IMG/VR virus record: IMGVR_UViG_3300013105_000003
Location: 32,001 to 96,000 of that record
Source of the DNA: a virus
Lineage: Duplodnaviria > Caudoviricetes
Strand: one strand, 5' to 3'
Length of the DNA: 64,000 nt
The position numbers and the translations under genes are program-made. Below the pieces are notes generated by a model. The model worked only from the letters and a program-made list of their open reading frames with translations. It was not told the DNA's origin and did no database searches. The number at the start of each line of letters is the position of its first letter. Within the stretch, counting starts at the first letter, position 1. Below are positions 19,404-28,930 of the stretch, piece by piece.

Positions 19404-21628
19404 CAAAGCGAGACTTCCAAGGCATCTTTACTATCAGTGATCTTAACTCATTAGTTTCAGAGCTGACTCATGGTCCAGAAACTGTAGCTTTTGACGTGGA
19501 GACTTCCCACAGTTCTAAGGAGAGTGTCAAGAAGAGGGCGCTAGATACAACACACCCAGATTTCTTTGTTACTGGATTTAGTATAACTAACAATACCTCA
19601 TGGGCACGATATATCCCTCTTCGTCATGAAGAGGACCATCCATTTGATACCGTGGAGGTGTGGGAAAAGTTTCGACCTATCTTAGAGTATAAGAATATCG
19701 TTGCACACAATTATGCATTCGAGCGTGGTGCCCTGTCTTCTCTACAGCGTAGTGGTGATGCCCTGGCACCAATTCTTCCTCGTAAGACTGGTCACGACAC
19801 AATGCTACTGGCTAACTCGTTGGCAGCTTTTGCTAACGTAGGTCTGAAGGTTCTTACTCGTGAAGTACTTGGAGTGGAACAGACAGAATACTGGGAGCTA
19901 TTCGGTGACGTTGTTCTTAACAAGGATGGAAAGGTTTCCAAGGCAGCTGTAGAACGTCAGCGTTTTAGTCAATTAAAAGTCTCTCAGGCTGTTATTGATT
20001 ATGGTTGTGATGACTCTGCTCTCTGTCTAGAACTACTAGAAATTCTTCTTCCACAACTCATGCAGCAGCCAGAGCAGCTTCGTAGTTATGCAGTAGATTT
20101 GCGTTGTATGATTCTGCTAGCTGAGATGCATGAGCATGGTTTCGCTTTTGACTGGAAGTCTCTGGAAAGAGATAACCAGAATGGCAAGACTTTTATCCCT
20201 CTACTAGAGGAGCATGTGCGAGAAAATCTAGCAAAGCTCACTGTGGATCCTGAGGTAAAGGCTCTAGCTCGTTCTCTTAACTTCAACTCACCAAAGCAGA
20301 AGCAAGAACTTCTTTACAAAGGATTTGGTCTACGGACAGATCGTCTTACAAATACTGGATCTATGTCCACCGATGCTAAGACTCTCCAGATTCTTGCTAA
20401 GCAGCACCCTGAGGTTAAAGGGATGGTTCACGTTGTGGAAGCAAAGAAGATGATGAGTTCTTTTACTCAGAAATATCTTACTGACTACTCTGAGTCATGG
20501 GACCACAAGGTTCACCCTACGTACAGAATCGCTTCTGACGGTGTAGATCAGGCTGGAGGTACTATTAGTGGTCGTTTCAGCTCTAGTAATCCTAATATCC
20601 AGCAGGCTACCTCTAAGTGGCTTTGGTCACTAGTGCAGGACGACGAAGGAAAGCACACTAAGGACGGGGTTAACGGATTCCAGTACTGGGGAGGTAATTT
20701 CAAGAGGTACTTCTCAGCACGAGATAAGAAGTACGTACTCTATGGTGACTTTGCTAACCAAGAGATGAGAATGCTTGCAGGTATTGCTAACGAAAAGGTT
20801 CTACAAGAAGCTTTTGCTCGTGGGGAAGACCTGCATCGTAAGACAGCTGCACTCATGTATGGAATTCCTGCCTCAGTAGTTACTGATGAACAACGCACTA
20901 AAGCCAAGACAACTGGCTTTGCCAACCTCTATGGCTCGGGTGTTAAGGGTATTGCAGACTTGTTGGCTATTACCTTTGAGGAGGCAGAAGACCTAGTGAA
21001 TAGGTATAAGTCTCAGTTCTCAGCTGTAGCAAACTGGGATGCTGCCTCTCGTGTAATGGGAATTAAGAATGGATACGTAAGAACCTGGACAGGACGTAGA
21101 ATTCCTCTACTGAACGCCCATAGTTCAAATCCTCGATTGGTAGCTTCAGCAGAACGAGCAGCAGTCAACTATCAAATTCAGGGTGGTGCAGCTGACTACA
21201 CTAAGCTAGCTATGCTAAGATGTAAGAAGTTCCTTCAAGAAGCTGATCTATGGGGACCAGAGAAAGTAATGATGGTAGTGAATGTCCACGACTCTCTTGG
21301 GTTTGAGTGCGATAATTCCATCCATCCTGAGAAGGTTAAGGAAATTCTACAGAAAGCTATTGTATTTAGCCCGTCTGAAGAAGTTCCTTCTGCAGCAAAG
21401 TACAACTTCCCAGAGTTCGCTTTTGATTGGGAGCTAGGAAAGTGCTGGGGAGACGCTAAAGATGGTGGCGGTATGTATGACTGGAAGGAAGGACAGCAGG
21501 TAGTCTTTCACAAAGAGTCTAGTCAGTGGATGGTAGAAGGTGCTGAGCCTACTATCATTGATTTGCAGCCACCAAGCCGTGAGCCTGAAAAGGTATCTAT
21601 TACAGAATTGAAGTTTAATGAAGACTAA
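19400..21628 (+). CDS. polA: Family A DNA polymerase with 3'-5' exonuclease
   Basis: Exo AFDVET, AHNYAFE, YGCDDS; pol motifs GDFANQEMR, RTKAKTTGFANLYG, VHDSL. Confidence 0.93.
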   Translation: MTKRDFQGIFTISDLNSLVSELTHGPETVAFDVETSHSSKESVKKRALDTTHPDFFVTGFSITNNTSWARYIPLRHEEDHPFDTVEVWEKFRPILEYKNIVAHNYAFERGALSSLQRSGDALAPILPRKTGHDTMLLANSLAAFANVGLKVLTREVLGVEQTEYWELFGDVVLNKDGKVSKAAVERQRFSQLKVSQAVIDYGCDDSALCLELLEILLPQLMQQPEQLRSYAVDLRCMILLAEMHEHGFAFDWKSLERDNQNGKTFIPLLEEHVRENLAKLTVDPEVKALARSLNFNSPKQKQELLYKGFGLRTDRLTNTGSMSTDAKTLQILAKQHPEVKGMVHVVEAKKMMSSFTQKYLTDYSESWDHKVHPTYRIASDGVDQAGGTISGRFSSSNPNIQQATSKWLWSLVQDDEGKHTKDGVNGFQYWGGNFKRYFSARDKKYVLYGDFANQEMRMLAGIANEKVLQEAFARGEDLHRKTAALMYGIPASVVTDEQRTKAKTTGFANLYGSGVKGIADLLAITFEEAEDLVNRYKSQFSAVANWDAASRVMGIKNGYVRTWTGRRIPLLNAHSSNPRLVASAERAAVNYQIQGGAADYTKLAMLRCKKFLQEADLWGPEKVMMVVNVHDSLGFECDNSIHPEKVKEILQKAIVFSPSEEVPSAAKYNFPEFAFDWELGKCWGDAKDGGGMYDWKEGQQVVFHKESSQWMVEGAEPTIIDLQPPSREPEKVSITELKFNED

Positions 21629-21839
21629 ATCCTCCTTTGAAGCACACACAGGACAGACAATCTCAGTAGAATTAGTTGAGTCCGATTTTCCAGAAGGCTC
21701 TCTTGATGGTCTTTCTCTTCCTGAGAAATTCAAGAAGATGAGTCAGATGGGTGACCTTCTGGTGATTAAGAGATTTAAAGACACAGGAGTCTGGCCTGCA
21801 GACTTTGCAGACCAAATGGCTACCAACGCAGTTAAGTAA
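21618..21839 (+). CDS. Hypothetical protein
   Basis: Tiles operon. Confidence 0.5.
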   Translation: MKTKSSFEAHTGQTISVELVESDFPEGSLDGLSLPEKFKKMSQMGDLLVIKRFKDTGVWPADFADQMATNAVK

Positions 21840-21847
21840 GGATTGAA

Positions 21848-22135
21848 ATGCCAAAGTATCGTAAGAAGGCTGTAGAGATTGAAGCTATGCAGTGGGAGGG
21901 TAGTGCAGCAGAAGCTACGCCAATAATTGGTTGGGCACTATCCTATGATGTGTCAATACGTTACTACTGTCCTGAGAACTGTGCTAATGACACACATGTA
22001 TTACGAGTCCAAACCTTAGAAGGCACAATGACCGCTAAGCCAGGAGACTACATAATTAAGGGAATTCAAAATGAGTTCTATCCGTGTAAGCCTGATATAT
22101 TCTTGGCAACATATGAGCCAGTTGATGGTGTATAA
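21848..22135 (+). CDS. Conserved phage protein (TLEG...PGDYIIKG...YPCKPDIF family)
   Basis: Recognisable motif. Confidence 0.75.
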   Translation: MPKYRKKAVEIEAMQWEGSAAEATPIIGWALSYDVSIRYYCPENCANDTHVLRVQTLEGTMTAKPGDYIIKGIQNEFYPCKPDIFLATYEPVDGV

Positions 22136-22143
22136 TAGAGTTA

Positions 22144-22632
22144 ATGGATAACATAGACCTACTTCTTTCAGCCTTGTCAGATATCCTCATCCAGTCCACA
22201 GAAATCCGCAACTCTTATCTTGAAGATGATTCAGTGGTGGGTGAGATTGAAGATGTTGGTGACTTGTACCTACGATTCAAGCAGTTCCGTAACGGCCTAG
22301 ACCGTATAGAGAACTTGTTGAATCAGTCTATTAGAATCAAGGCCAAAGCCGATAATATGTATGCAGAATCATGCTATGATATAGAAGACGCAGAAGTTCA
22401 ACTAGTAGATAAAAAGACACAAGATTACCAGTCAAGTAGAGACAGAAGTATTGAAATAAACGCAGCGACTATCACCGAACGAAGAGCATCACGAAGACTA
22501 TCAAAACTACTAACTGAAGCGCGAGCAACCGTCCAGGTAATTAGCAATCATCACAAGGGCCTAGAGTCTAGTAAGAGAGACCTGGAGACGAGAATGCGAG
22601 CACTCAGCTTCATATCACCATACGAGAAGTAA
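22144..22632 (+). CDS. Helical protein, possibly a UvsY-like recombination mediator
   Basis: Coiled-coil composition; next to SSB, RuvC and RecA genes. Confidence 0.4.
   Translation: MDNIDLLLSALSDILIQSTEIRNSYLEDDSVVGEIEDVGDLYLRFKQFRNGLDRIENLLNQSIRIKAKADNMYAESCYDIEDAEVQLVDKKTQDYQSSRDRSIEINAATITERRASRRLSKLLTEARATVQVISNHHKGLESSKRDLETRMRALSFISPYEK
22350..22358 (+). promoter_or_regulatory. CGATAATAT copy inside a CDS, upstream of the SSB gene
   Basis: GCCGATAATAT. Confidence 0.45.
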
Positions 22633-22695
22633 TCAACTAATAAAACAATTAATTAAACAATCAAACAAACATCAAAGAAAGAAAAGAAATTAATC

Positions 22696-23709
22696 ATGCA
22701 GGTATCATTCACTGACACAGCCCTTCTCAAGAAGGACAACAAGAAGGCTCCAAAATTCCGTGTGGAGAATAAGGGCGACACAGACCGTATCGTCATCATC
22801 TCCCCTCCAGAGCTATACTACGTACACGGCATCAACATGCCAGTCATCGACCCACAGACTGGCGAGAAGATCATGGAGACTCGGGAGAACCCATCTAACG
22901 GAAACACTTGGGAAGTTCCTAAGGAAGAGTTTGTTTCTGAAATGATGTGTTCTGGGAACCCAAAGGTTGTCTCAGAGGCAGATGGTGTTGACCCAGATGG
23001 TTGTACTATTTGCGCAGCTTACGTTGAGAATCCTGGAAAGTTCAAGAAGCCAGTTCCAAAGTACGCTTGTGTAGTTGCTCGTTACAAGACTGCCTTTGAG
23101 GAGACAACTCCTCAGCTAGATCCAGTACAGGCAGAGATTCTAGTGTGGGTGCTCACTCAGAAGCGTTTCGAGAAGATTTTCGCAATTGCCAAGGAGTACG
23201 GTGACCCTGTTGGTAAGCTAGACCTACTATGTGGCCCTTGCAAGAACGTCAAGATGCACAACTATGAGATTGCAGCTGCTGGTAAGTGTGCCTACAAGGA
23301 GTCCGAAGAGGTTCAAGAGTTTGTAGCTCGTGCTCTAAAGTCTTCAGGTATCACCAATGACGTTATCAAGTCAACTGTTGCTTACGCACAGACTGAGGTT
23401 AGCGTTAAGATGGCAATTAGCAAGGTTCTAGAGCGTTACGCACTAGAAGGTCATGGTGCCGTTGGTGGCGGAGCAGTTGATGTAGAGTTCAACGCTCTTG
23501 CCGCAGACTCTCACAAGGCTGCTGAGAGTGCTAGCGGAGACAGTCCTTGGGGTGCCGTCTCCTCTCCTGTTGCTTCCGCTCCTGACTTTGTAGAAAAGCC
23601 AGCAGAGGCAGCTGTCCCAGCCCCTAAGGCTGAGGAAGCTCCAGCACCAGCTCCTGCAACAGAGTCAAAGCCTGTTTCCCTAGATGACATTCTAGCTGGA
23701 CTAGGCTGA
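22696..23709 (+). CDS. Single-stranded DNA-binding protein, gp32-like
   Basis: Cys cluster, Ala/Pro linker, acidic tail LDDILAGLG; recombination context. Confidence 0.65.
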   Translation: MQVSFTDTALLKKDNKKAPKFRVENKGDTDRIVIISPPELYYVHGINMPVIDPQTGEKIMETRENPSNGNTWEVPKEEFVSEMMCSGNPKVVSEADGVDPDGCTICAAYVENPGKFKKPVPKYACVVARYKTAFEETTPQLDPVQAEILVWVLTQKRFEKIFAIAKEYGDPVGKLDLLCGPCKNVKMHNYEIAAAGKCAYKESEEVQEFVARALKSSGITNDVIKSTVAYAQTEVSVKMAISKVLERYALEGHGAVGGGAVDVEFNALAADSHKAAESASGDSPWGAVSSPVASAPDFVEKPAEAAVPAPKAEEAPAPAPATESKPVSLDDILAGLG

Positions 23710-23720
23710 CCCAACAACGT

Positions 23721-23756
23721 AAGTGGGGATCAGGATTAAGGTCTTGGTCCCCACTT
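23721..23756 (+). terminator. Hairpin after the SSB gene
   Basis: AAGTGGGGATCAGGA / TCTTGGTCCCCACTT inverted repeat. Confidence 0.6.
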
Positions 23757-24291
23757 GCAGTTACCTTATATTATGACTAATTCACCTACTCTATACATGG
23801 GGATAGACCTAGCACAGAGGTATAGTGGCTTTGCTATTCTTAATGATGAAGCGTCTTTGGAGTGGTACTCTACATTTGATGCAGGACCAGAGTCTGACGG
23901 ATTCAGAAATAATGTCACTAAGCTATGTGATTTCATTGAATCAACAATATCAGAACAAGGTCTAAACCTAGCTCCAGTCGTAGTGTACATAGAAGACTGT
24001 CCACATATGCTTGTAAAACCTGCGTTAGTTCTTAGACTGCAGGGTGCTTTGAGACAGAGAATCTATACACTTATGCCAGAGTCGGAAGTACATATGATGA
24101 TGCCTAGTACATGGCAGCGCCACTATGGGTGGGCCAAGACTCCCGGCACAACCTCTAAAGGATTCTCTACGTTTGCTTGCAAGGCTCTAGGTTATGAGTT
24201 TGACAAGTCCGTTAAGGGCAAGCAAGCAACAGACTTACACGATGCAGTATTGATTGCGAGATATGGATATGAAAAAGCCAACAGCAGATGA
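23755..24291 (+). CDS. RuvC-like Holliday junction resolvase (likely start ATG 23773)
   Basis: YMGIDLA..SG, VYIED, PSTWQ, DLHDAVLIA. Confidence 0.8.
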   Translation: MQLPYIMTNSPTLYMGIDLAQRYSGFAILNDEASLEWYSTFDAGPESDGFRNNVTKLCDFIESTISEQGLNLAPVVVYIEDCPHMLVKPALVLRLQGALRQRIYTLMPESEVHMMMPSTWQRHYGWAKTPGTTSKGFSTFACKALGYEFDKSVKGKQATDLHDAVLIARYGYEKANSR

Positions 24292-24607
24292 AGTTCTACA
24301 GTGTCCCATTCATTGGCGTCACGGTAAAGATACGGGGGCAGATACAGTAGAAGATTACTTGATCACTCTACTACTTGAGGTAGTAAAGTGGCAAGATGTG
24401 TTTGATGGAAAGAGACCTTTCGGAAATAGTGACTGGCTCGTTAATGATATTGGGTACTCTTTAGCAATTGAGGATTTAATTGATTCTCAACCTGATATTT
24501 ATGGAGAACTAGATTTTAACTACGGAGCAGTAGAAGAAGCTGTGTATGATGCTGTAGAGGGTATTAAAGAAAACCTACACAGACTGAGAGGTTTAGATGA
24601 TTCCTGA
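24254..24607 (+). CDS. Hypothetical protein
   Basis: GKRPFGNSDW motif; tiles operon. Confidence 0.6.
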   Translation: MRDMDMKKPTADEVLQCPIHWRHGKDTGADTVEDYLITLLLEVVKWQDVFDGKRPFGNSDWLVNDIGYSLAIEDLIDSQPDIYGELDFNYGAVEEAVYDAVEGIKENLHRLRGLDDS

Positions 24608-24753
24608 TGAGGATGGAGTTTCCAGTGCTTGGGTCCGGCAAAGTTTTGTAGAGGATTTAGACTTTGATGAGAATGGAGAAATCACAGTCGAAGTTCCACA
24701 CAAGACCAACCCAGGAGAGACTTTGACAGTTACATTTAAAAGAATCAAACTAG

Positions 24754-25065
24754 GTGAGACTTATAATGACAAGTGAAGGAGATTTCGTAGCTCCACCACC
24801 TCCAGGAAAGCCAGGACCAAAGCCTGGGCAGGCGGGTAGAAAGTCTAAGATTTTCACAGAGGATAAGCTGACACTACTGACAAGCAATCCTGGAAAGTGG
24901 ATTGTATTGAAGCAACCAGCCACACAAAACCAGTACTCAAATGCGATACAATGGACTAAGAGGAACAACGGATTCAAGGTAGTCGGAAGACACAGCCCAG
25001 ATAATCCACCGGAAGCTAAAATTACACTATTTGCAATATACAACCCAGAGGAATTAAATGGTTAA
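24754..25065 (+). CDS. Hypothetical protein (likely start ATG 24766)
   Basis: Tiles operon. Confidence 0.55.
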   Translation: MRLIMTSEGDFVAPPPPGKPGPKPGQAGRKSKIFTEDKLTLLTSNPGKWIVLKQPATQNQYSNAIQWTKRNNGFKVVGRHSPDNPPEAKITLFAIYNPEELNG

Positions 25066-26260
25066 GGCAGTTGAAAAGAAGGCATCAGGCCGCGAGCTAC
25101 TCGCTAAGATGCGTGCTAAGAAGGACTCTGTTGTAGGAGATGTTGTAAACCTAAGTATTAGTGCAATCCCTACTGGCAACTTGACCATTGACGTTATGAC
25201 CGGAATCGGTGGACTACCAAGAGGTCGAATTTCTACCCTGTATGGTTCTTACAGCTCTGGAAAAACTACGAGTGCTATTCATGCTATGGCACAAGCACAG
25301 CACAGATTGCTTGAGTCTGGTAACACAGACCGTCTCGTAGTCTTTGTAGACTATGAGCACTCTTATGACCCTGAGTATGCCCTAGGGCTAGGTCTAGACT
25401 CCTCTCTAGATAACTTTGTGTATATTAATCCAGACTCTCTTGAAGAGGGAATGCAGGCAGCAATTGACCTTATCAACACAGGTGACGTAGAAATCATTAC
25501 GTTTGACTCTGTAGCTGCAATGGTTCCACAGAAAGAGCTAGATGGTGAAGTTGGCAAAGCCGAGATGGGTAACCGAGCTAAGCTACTTGCACAGTCCTGC
25601 CGTATGCTAGCCTCCAAGGTTGCTAAGTACGACACTACAGCCATTTTCTGTAACCACGTCATGGAGAAGATCGACACATCCTTTGTAGGGCAGCAGCTTG
25701 CTTCTAGAGGTATTAAGCAGTGGACTTCTCCTGGTGGTACAGCACTTCCTTTCTACTCATCACTTATGATTTTCTTTGAGAAGTCCATCTCACAGGAAAA
25801 GGCTGAGAAGATTAATCCGCTGACTAACACAGAGATTAAGGAAGTCATCGGTCAGGTTACCAAGATGACTGTTACTAAGAACAAGGTAGGTCAGGCATAT
25901 CGTACTACGAACCTTCTCTTGACTGTACGTAACGGATTCTCTAATTACTACAGTGTGTATGAGGTTCTGCTAGGTCACAAGGTCTTCAAGAAGACGGATA
26001 CTGGTACTGTCCACAAGCTGACCATTCCAACAACTGATGGTACAGAAGAAATTAAGGGTAAGGTTAATGTCCTTGATAAGATGGAAGAAGACACTCAGTG
26101 GTTCGCTAAGCTAGAGGAAAAGGCTAGAGAGATTCTAGAGCAGCATGGGATGGACACTGTTGATAGCAGTCTCTACTCCTCTGATGGTAATATTGATATT
26201 CAGGCTGCACTAGAAGTAAGTCAAGATGAAGTAGACGAAATGAAGCTAAAGGAAGCATGA
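25058..26260 (+). CDS. recA: RecA-like recombinase
   Basis: GGLPRGRI, GSYSSGKT, FDSVAAMVP, SPGGTALPFYSS, KNKV. Confidence 0.95.
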   Translation: MVKAVEKKASGRELLAKMRAKKDSVVGDVVNLSISAIPTGNLTIDVMTGIGGLPRGRISTLYGSYSSGKTTSAIHAMAQAQHRLLESGNTDRLVVFVDYEHSYDPEYALGLGLDSSLDNFVYINPDSLEEGMQAAIDLINTGDVEIITFDSVAAMVPQKELDGEVGKAEMGNRAKLLAQSCRMLASKVAKYDTTAIFCNHVMEKIDTSFVGQQLASRGIKQWTSPGGTALPFYSSLMIFFEKSISQEKAEKINPLTNTEIKEVIGQVTKMTVTKNKVGQAYRTTNLLLTVRNGFSNYYSVYEVLLGHKVFKKTDTGTVHKLTIPTTDGTEEIKGKVNVLDKMEEDTQWFAKLEEKAREILEQHGMDTVDSSLYSSDGNIDIQAALEVSQDEVDEMKLKEA

Positions 26261-26448
26261 GAATGAGTGATGAAAACACACCAGAGATTCCAGCCACTTT
26301 TCGAGATGACTTAAGTAGAATTATCAACCACCACAGTATAGATGCTAAGTTAAATGTCCCAGACTTTATTCTTGCCTCTTTTATCGAGAATGTTCTAGTT
26401 GACTTTAATTTTGCAAACTCTGCAACTAGGAGATGGGAAGGTAAGTGA
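26257..26448 (+). CDS. Hypothetical protein
   Basis: IN.HS.....PDFILA phage motif. Confidence 0.6.
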   Translation: MRMSDENTPEIPATFRDDLSRIINHHSIDAKLNVPDFILASFIENVLVDFNFANSATRRWEGK

Positions 26449-27497
26449 AAACTGTAGACAAGGCTACTCTAGAAGAGTCTGTAAACTCTCTTACCCCACA
26501 ATTTATTACAGAGCCAGGTAAACTTAAAGTACAGATTCTAGAGGATTGGTTAGATGAAGAAGATAGTATTGAACCTCTTAGTGTCATCCATGTGTATCTA
26601 TACACTGAGAGCGGTAGATTCCAAACCAATTACCGGACTTTTAAGTCTCTTCTCGGTTCACTCTACATTCAAGAGCAGCTAATGAAGTTAGTGGCTCCTA
26701 GTGTTCTAGAGAGCCTTGTCAACAGTGTCCTTGCTGATATCCCAGCACACAAGGGTCCATCTTTCGTCATCGACTCTCAGGACATTGCTTCTGATGTAGT
26801 ACGTAATGCAGGAATACTACCCTTCTATCTGTCAGAGTCCATCGAGTACCTAACAAGTACTTTCTGTTACGCTGTAGATGGTAGTGGACAAACTGATAAG
26901 ATTGAGTACTTGCCTCTAGTTCACGAGGATAACTCAACAAAGGTGTCGGTGATTCATAAGGATCTATCTATAACTATCTTTGATGACTTGTGGTATGGGG
27001 GTGTTGCTCTTACTCAGTCTAGCTCTGGTAGACTGGTTCCTACTGTCACTTACTTTATGGCTCGTGATGATGACAACTACATCATTACACTTCCAGGAGT
27101 CAATCTCCGGTACTCGGTACCTAAGAATGGTGCTACAGTTGAAGATGGACTAGCGTGGATTGAGGATGCCGTAGGAATGGCTGCTAGCATTCTTCCTAGC
27201 GAGATGGAGAAGATCAAGCACTTGGCGAGTAAGGACATAGAAAGAGACCTCGCAACTATCATTAAGGATATTCTAAAAACAGTACAGCTTCCACAAGGGC
27301 AGCGAGCAAGGGTAGTAGCTGATGTTATTAATGATTTTGAAGACTCTTCTGCCTATGGGCTGATGCTTAACGTCGGTGCAGCACAGTTGACAGATGATTT
27401 GTCCTTTGCTATACTAGACAAGACACAACAAGCAGCAGGCAAGGTTCCAAGTGTTCTAGGCCACCGATGCTCCCACTGCCACCAACTAACGGAATGA
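26445..27497 (+). CDS. Hypothetical protein (weak DUF932-like resemblance; C-terminal CxxC)
   Basis: 350-aa ORF in operon. Confidence 0.55.
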   Translation: MKTVDKATLEESVNSLTPQFITEPGKLKVQILEDWLDEEDSIEPLSVIHVYLYTESGRFQTNYRTFKSLLGSLYIQEQLMKLVAPSVLESLVNSVLADIPAHKGPSFVIDSQDIASDVVRNAGILPFYLSESIEYLTSTFCYAVDGSGQTDKIEYLPLVHEDNSTKVSVIHKDLSITIFDDLWYGGVALTQSSSGRLVPTVTYFMARDDDNYIITLPGVNLRYSVPKNGATVEDGLAWIEDAVGMAASILPSEMEKIKHLASKDIERDLATIIKDILKTVQLPQGQRARVVADVINDFEDSSAYGLMLNVGAAQLTDDLSFAILDKTQQAAGKVPSVLGHRCSHCHQLTE

Positions 27498-27498
27498 T

Positions 27499-27933
27499 AT
27501 GACTAGTCTTAAAGGAATTACCTCAGGTAATCTAATCAGTGCTCTGCATATATTTACTGAGGCTGACAGTGAGTTACACTTCTATCTTGATTGGAGAGAA
27601 GAGGAGACTCCTTACCCACTTGTTGTCTCAGTAGACTGTAGTGATGACTACATATGGGGTTGTGCAGATTTTGAGGATTTGACTAATGCTGATATGCCAT
27701 TGTTACGAAGGTGCTACCTAGATGCCAAAGAACTTGTAGGAGACCTGAGTTTGACTACTTACGGATTCCCACTTGGTTCTTTGTTCTGTGCAAGAAAGAG
27801 AAAACTTTATCCGACTAACCTTCTCAATCATTTCGGATTTAGTTATTGGCCTGAAGAGATTAGACAAGGGTGGATTAAATTGCTTGAAGAGGCACCTAAC
27901 TTTGAACTAGTGAGAGAAGTAGGCAGTGTCTGA
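27499..27933 (+). CDS. Hypothetical protein
   Basis: CSD...WGCAD.E motif; tiles operon. Confidence 0.6.
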   Translation: MTSLKGITSGNLISALHIFTEADSELHFYLDWREEETPYPLVVSVDCSDDYIWGCADFEDLTNADMPLLRRCYLDAKELVGDLSLTTYGFPLGSLFCARKRKLYPTNLLNHFGFSYWPEEIRQGWIKLLEEAPNFELVREVGSV

Positions 27934-28153
27934 CAATTATAACCCAGATGAGATTCTTGAGGATCCAAAATCTCACCCTCTTCACAAGATGTATGCAGCG
28001 ATAAACATTGCTATACGAGACAAGGGAGAGCACTGGTATAAGTGTGCTAACTGTGGTGACCCATACCCAGAAACCGAAGAGTGGCAAAATAGTACCGTTT
28101 GTAGTGACAGCTGTGGAAATTCTTATATCAGATATTTAAACGAAGGATTTTAA
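27926..28153 (+). CDS. Small zinc-finger protein
   Basis: CANCG...CSDSC. Confidence 0.55.
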   Translation: MSDNYNPDEILEDPKSHPLHKMYAAINIAIRDKGEHWYKCANCGDPYPETEEWQNSTVCSDSCGNSYIRYLNEGF

Positions 28154-28154
28154 A

Positions 28155-28427
28155 ATGCCAGTAGAAGTTAGATACTATGATTACGATGGAGACGGTACTT
28201 GGCTAAGGCTAGTCAACCTAGAGCCAGATCCGCGAGATGAGCCAGAAGATGAGAGTGTAGTTGACGTTTGTGTAAAAAATGACCTCGATGAGAGTTCTAT
28301 AGCAGTGAGGCTAACTGCGGACGATGTGAAGAGGTTAATTACAGATTTGCAATCTACTCTTCCTAAGACAGTAGCCGGGAGTATTGACACTCCTATTGTT
28401 ACTACTATAAATCCTAGTTGGTCGTAA
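28155..28427 (+). CDS. Hypothetical protein
   Basis: Tiles operon. Confidence 0.55.
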   Translation: MPVEVRYYDYDGDGTWLRLVNLEPDPRDEPEDESVVDVCVKNDLDESSIAVRLTADDVKRLITDLQSTLPKTVAGSIDTPIVTTINPSWS

Positions 28428-28428
28428 T

Positions 28429-28803
28429 ATGGCTGATAAGTACAGTCCCCAAAAAGGTGATAGGGTTAAGTTGACAATTGAGGCTACTGTAGTAGAGTCA
28501 GATGACTACAAGGCAAAAAAGGGTTGCCTTAGTTATGTTCTCTTAGAGGCTGACACTCCTGAGTACCTAGACCCTGTGTATCTAGAGCTAGTAGGAGTAC
28601 TCGAAAAATCTTGTACTCTAGAGAAGATAGAGAAGCCTCTAGAAGAAGGTTGGGTAGTGGTTAAGTCTTTATCAAGTCAACAAAAGAATGAGACTGCTGT
28701 CTATCACAAAGACGGGTATTTGTACCTAGATAGTGGCTGTACCATATTCTGGAATAAGCTGGCTGGTGTTGAAGTAATTACTAGACTAGAGTCAGCTAAG
28801 TAA
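28429..28803 (+). CDS. Hypothetical protein
   Basis: Tiles operon. Confidence 0.55.
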   Translation: MADKYSPQKGDRVKLTIEATVVESDDYKAKKGCLSYVLLEADTPEYLDPVYLELVGVLEKSCTLEKIEKPLEEGWVVVKSLSSQQKNETAVYHKDGYLYLDSGCTIFWNKLAGVEVITRLESAK

Positions 28804-28839
28804 GATGTTTATGTAAAACTCTTGCAATTCCAACAATCT

Positions 28840-28880
28840 AATGTCAAGGTCTCGTCATTTCGATGAGACCTTACATTTTT
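28840..28880 (+). terminator. Intrinsic terminator
   Basis: AAGGTCTCGTC/GATGAGACCTT stem followed by a T tract. Confidence 0.7.
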
Positions 28881-28882
28881 GA

Positions 28883-28891
28883 CGATAATAT
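28883..28891 (+). promoter_or_regulatory. CGATAATAT putative phage-sigma promoter
   Basis: Between a terminator and nrdJ. Confidence 0.65.
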
Positions 28892-28930
28892 TAGAACACA
28901 AAAGACTATAGATAATAGAAAGAAGACCAC

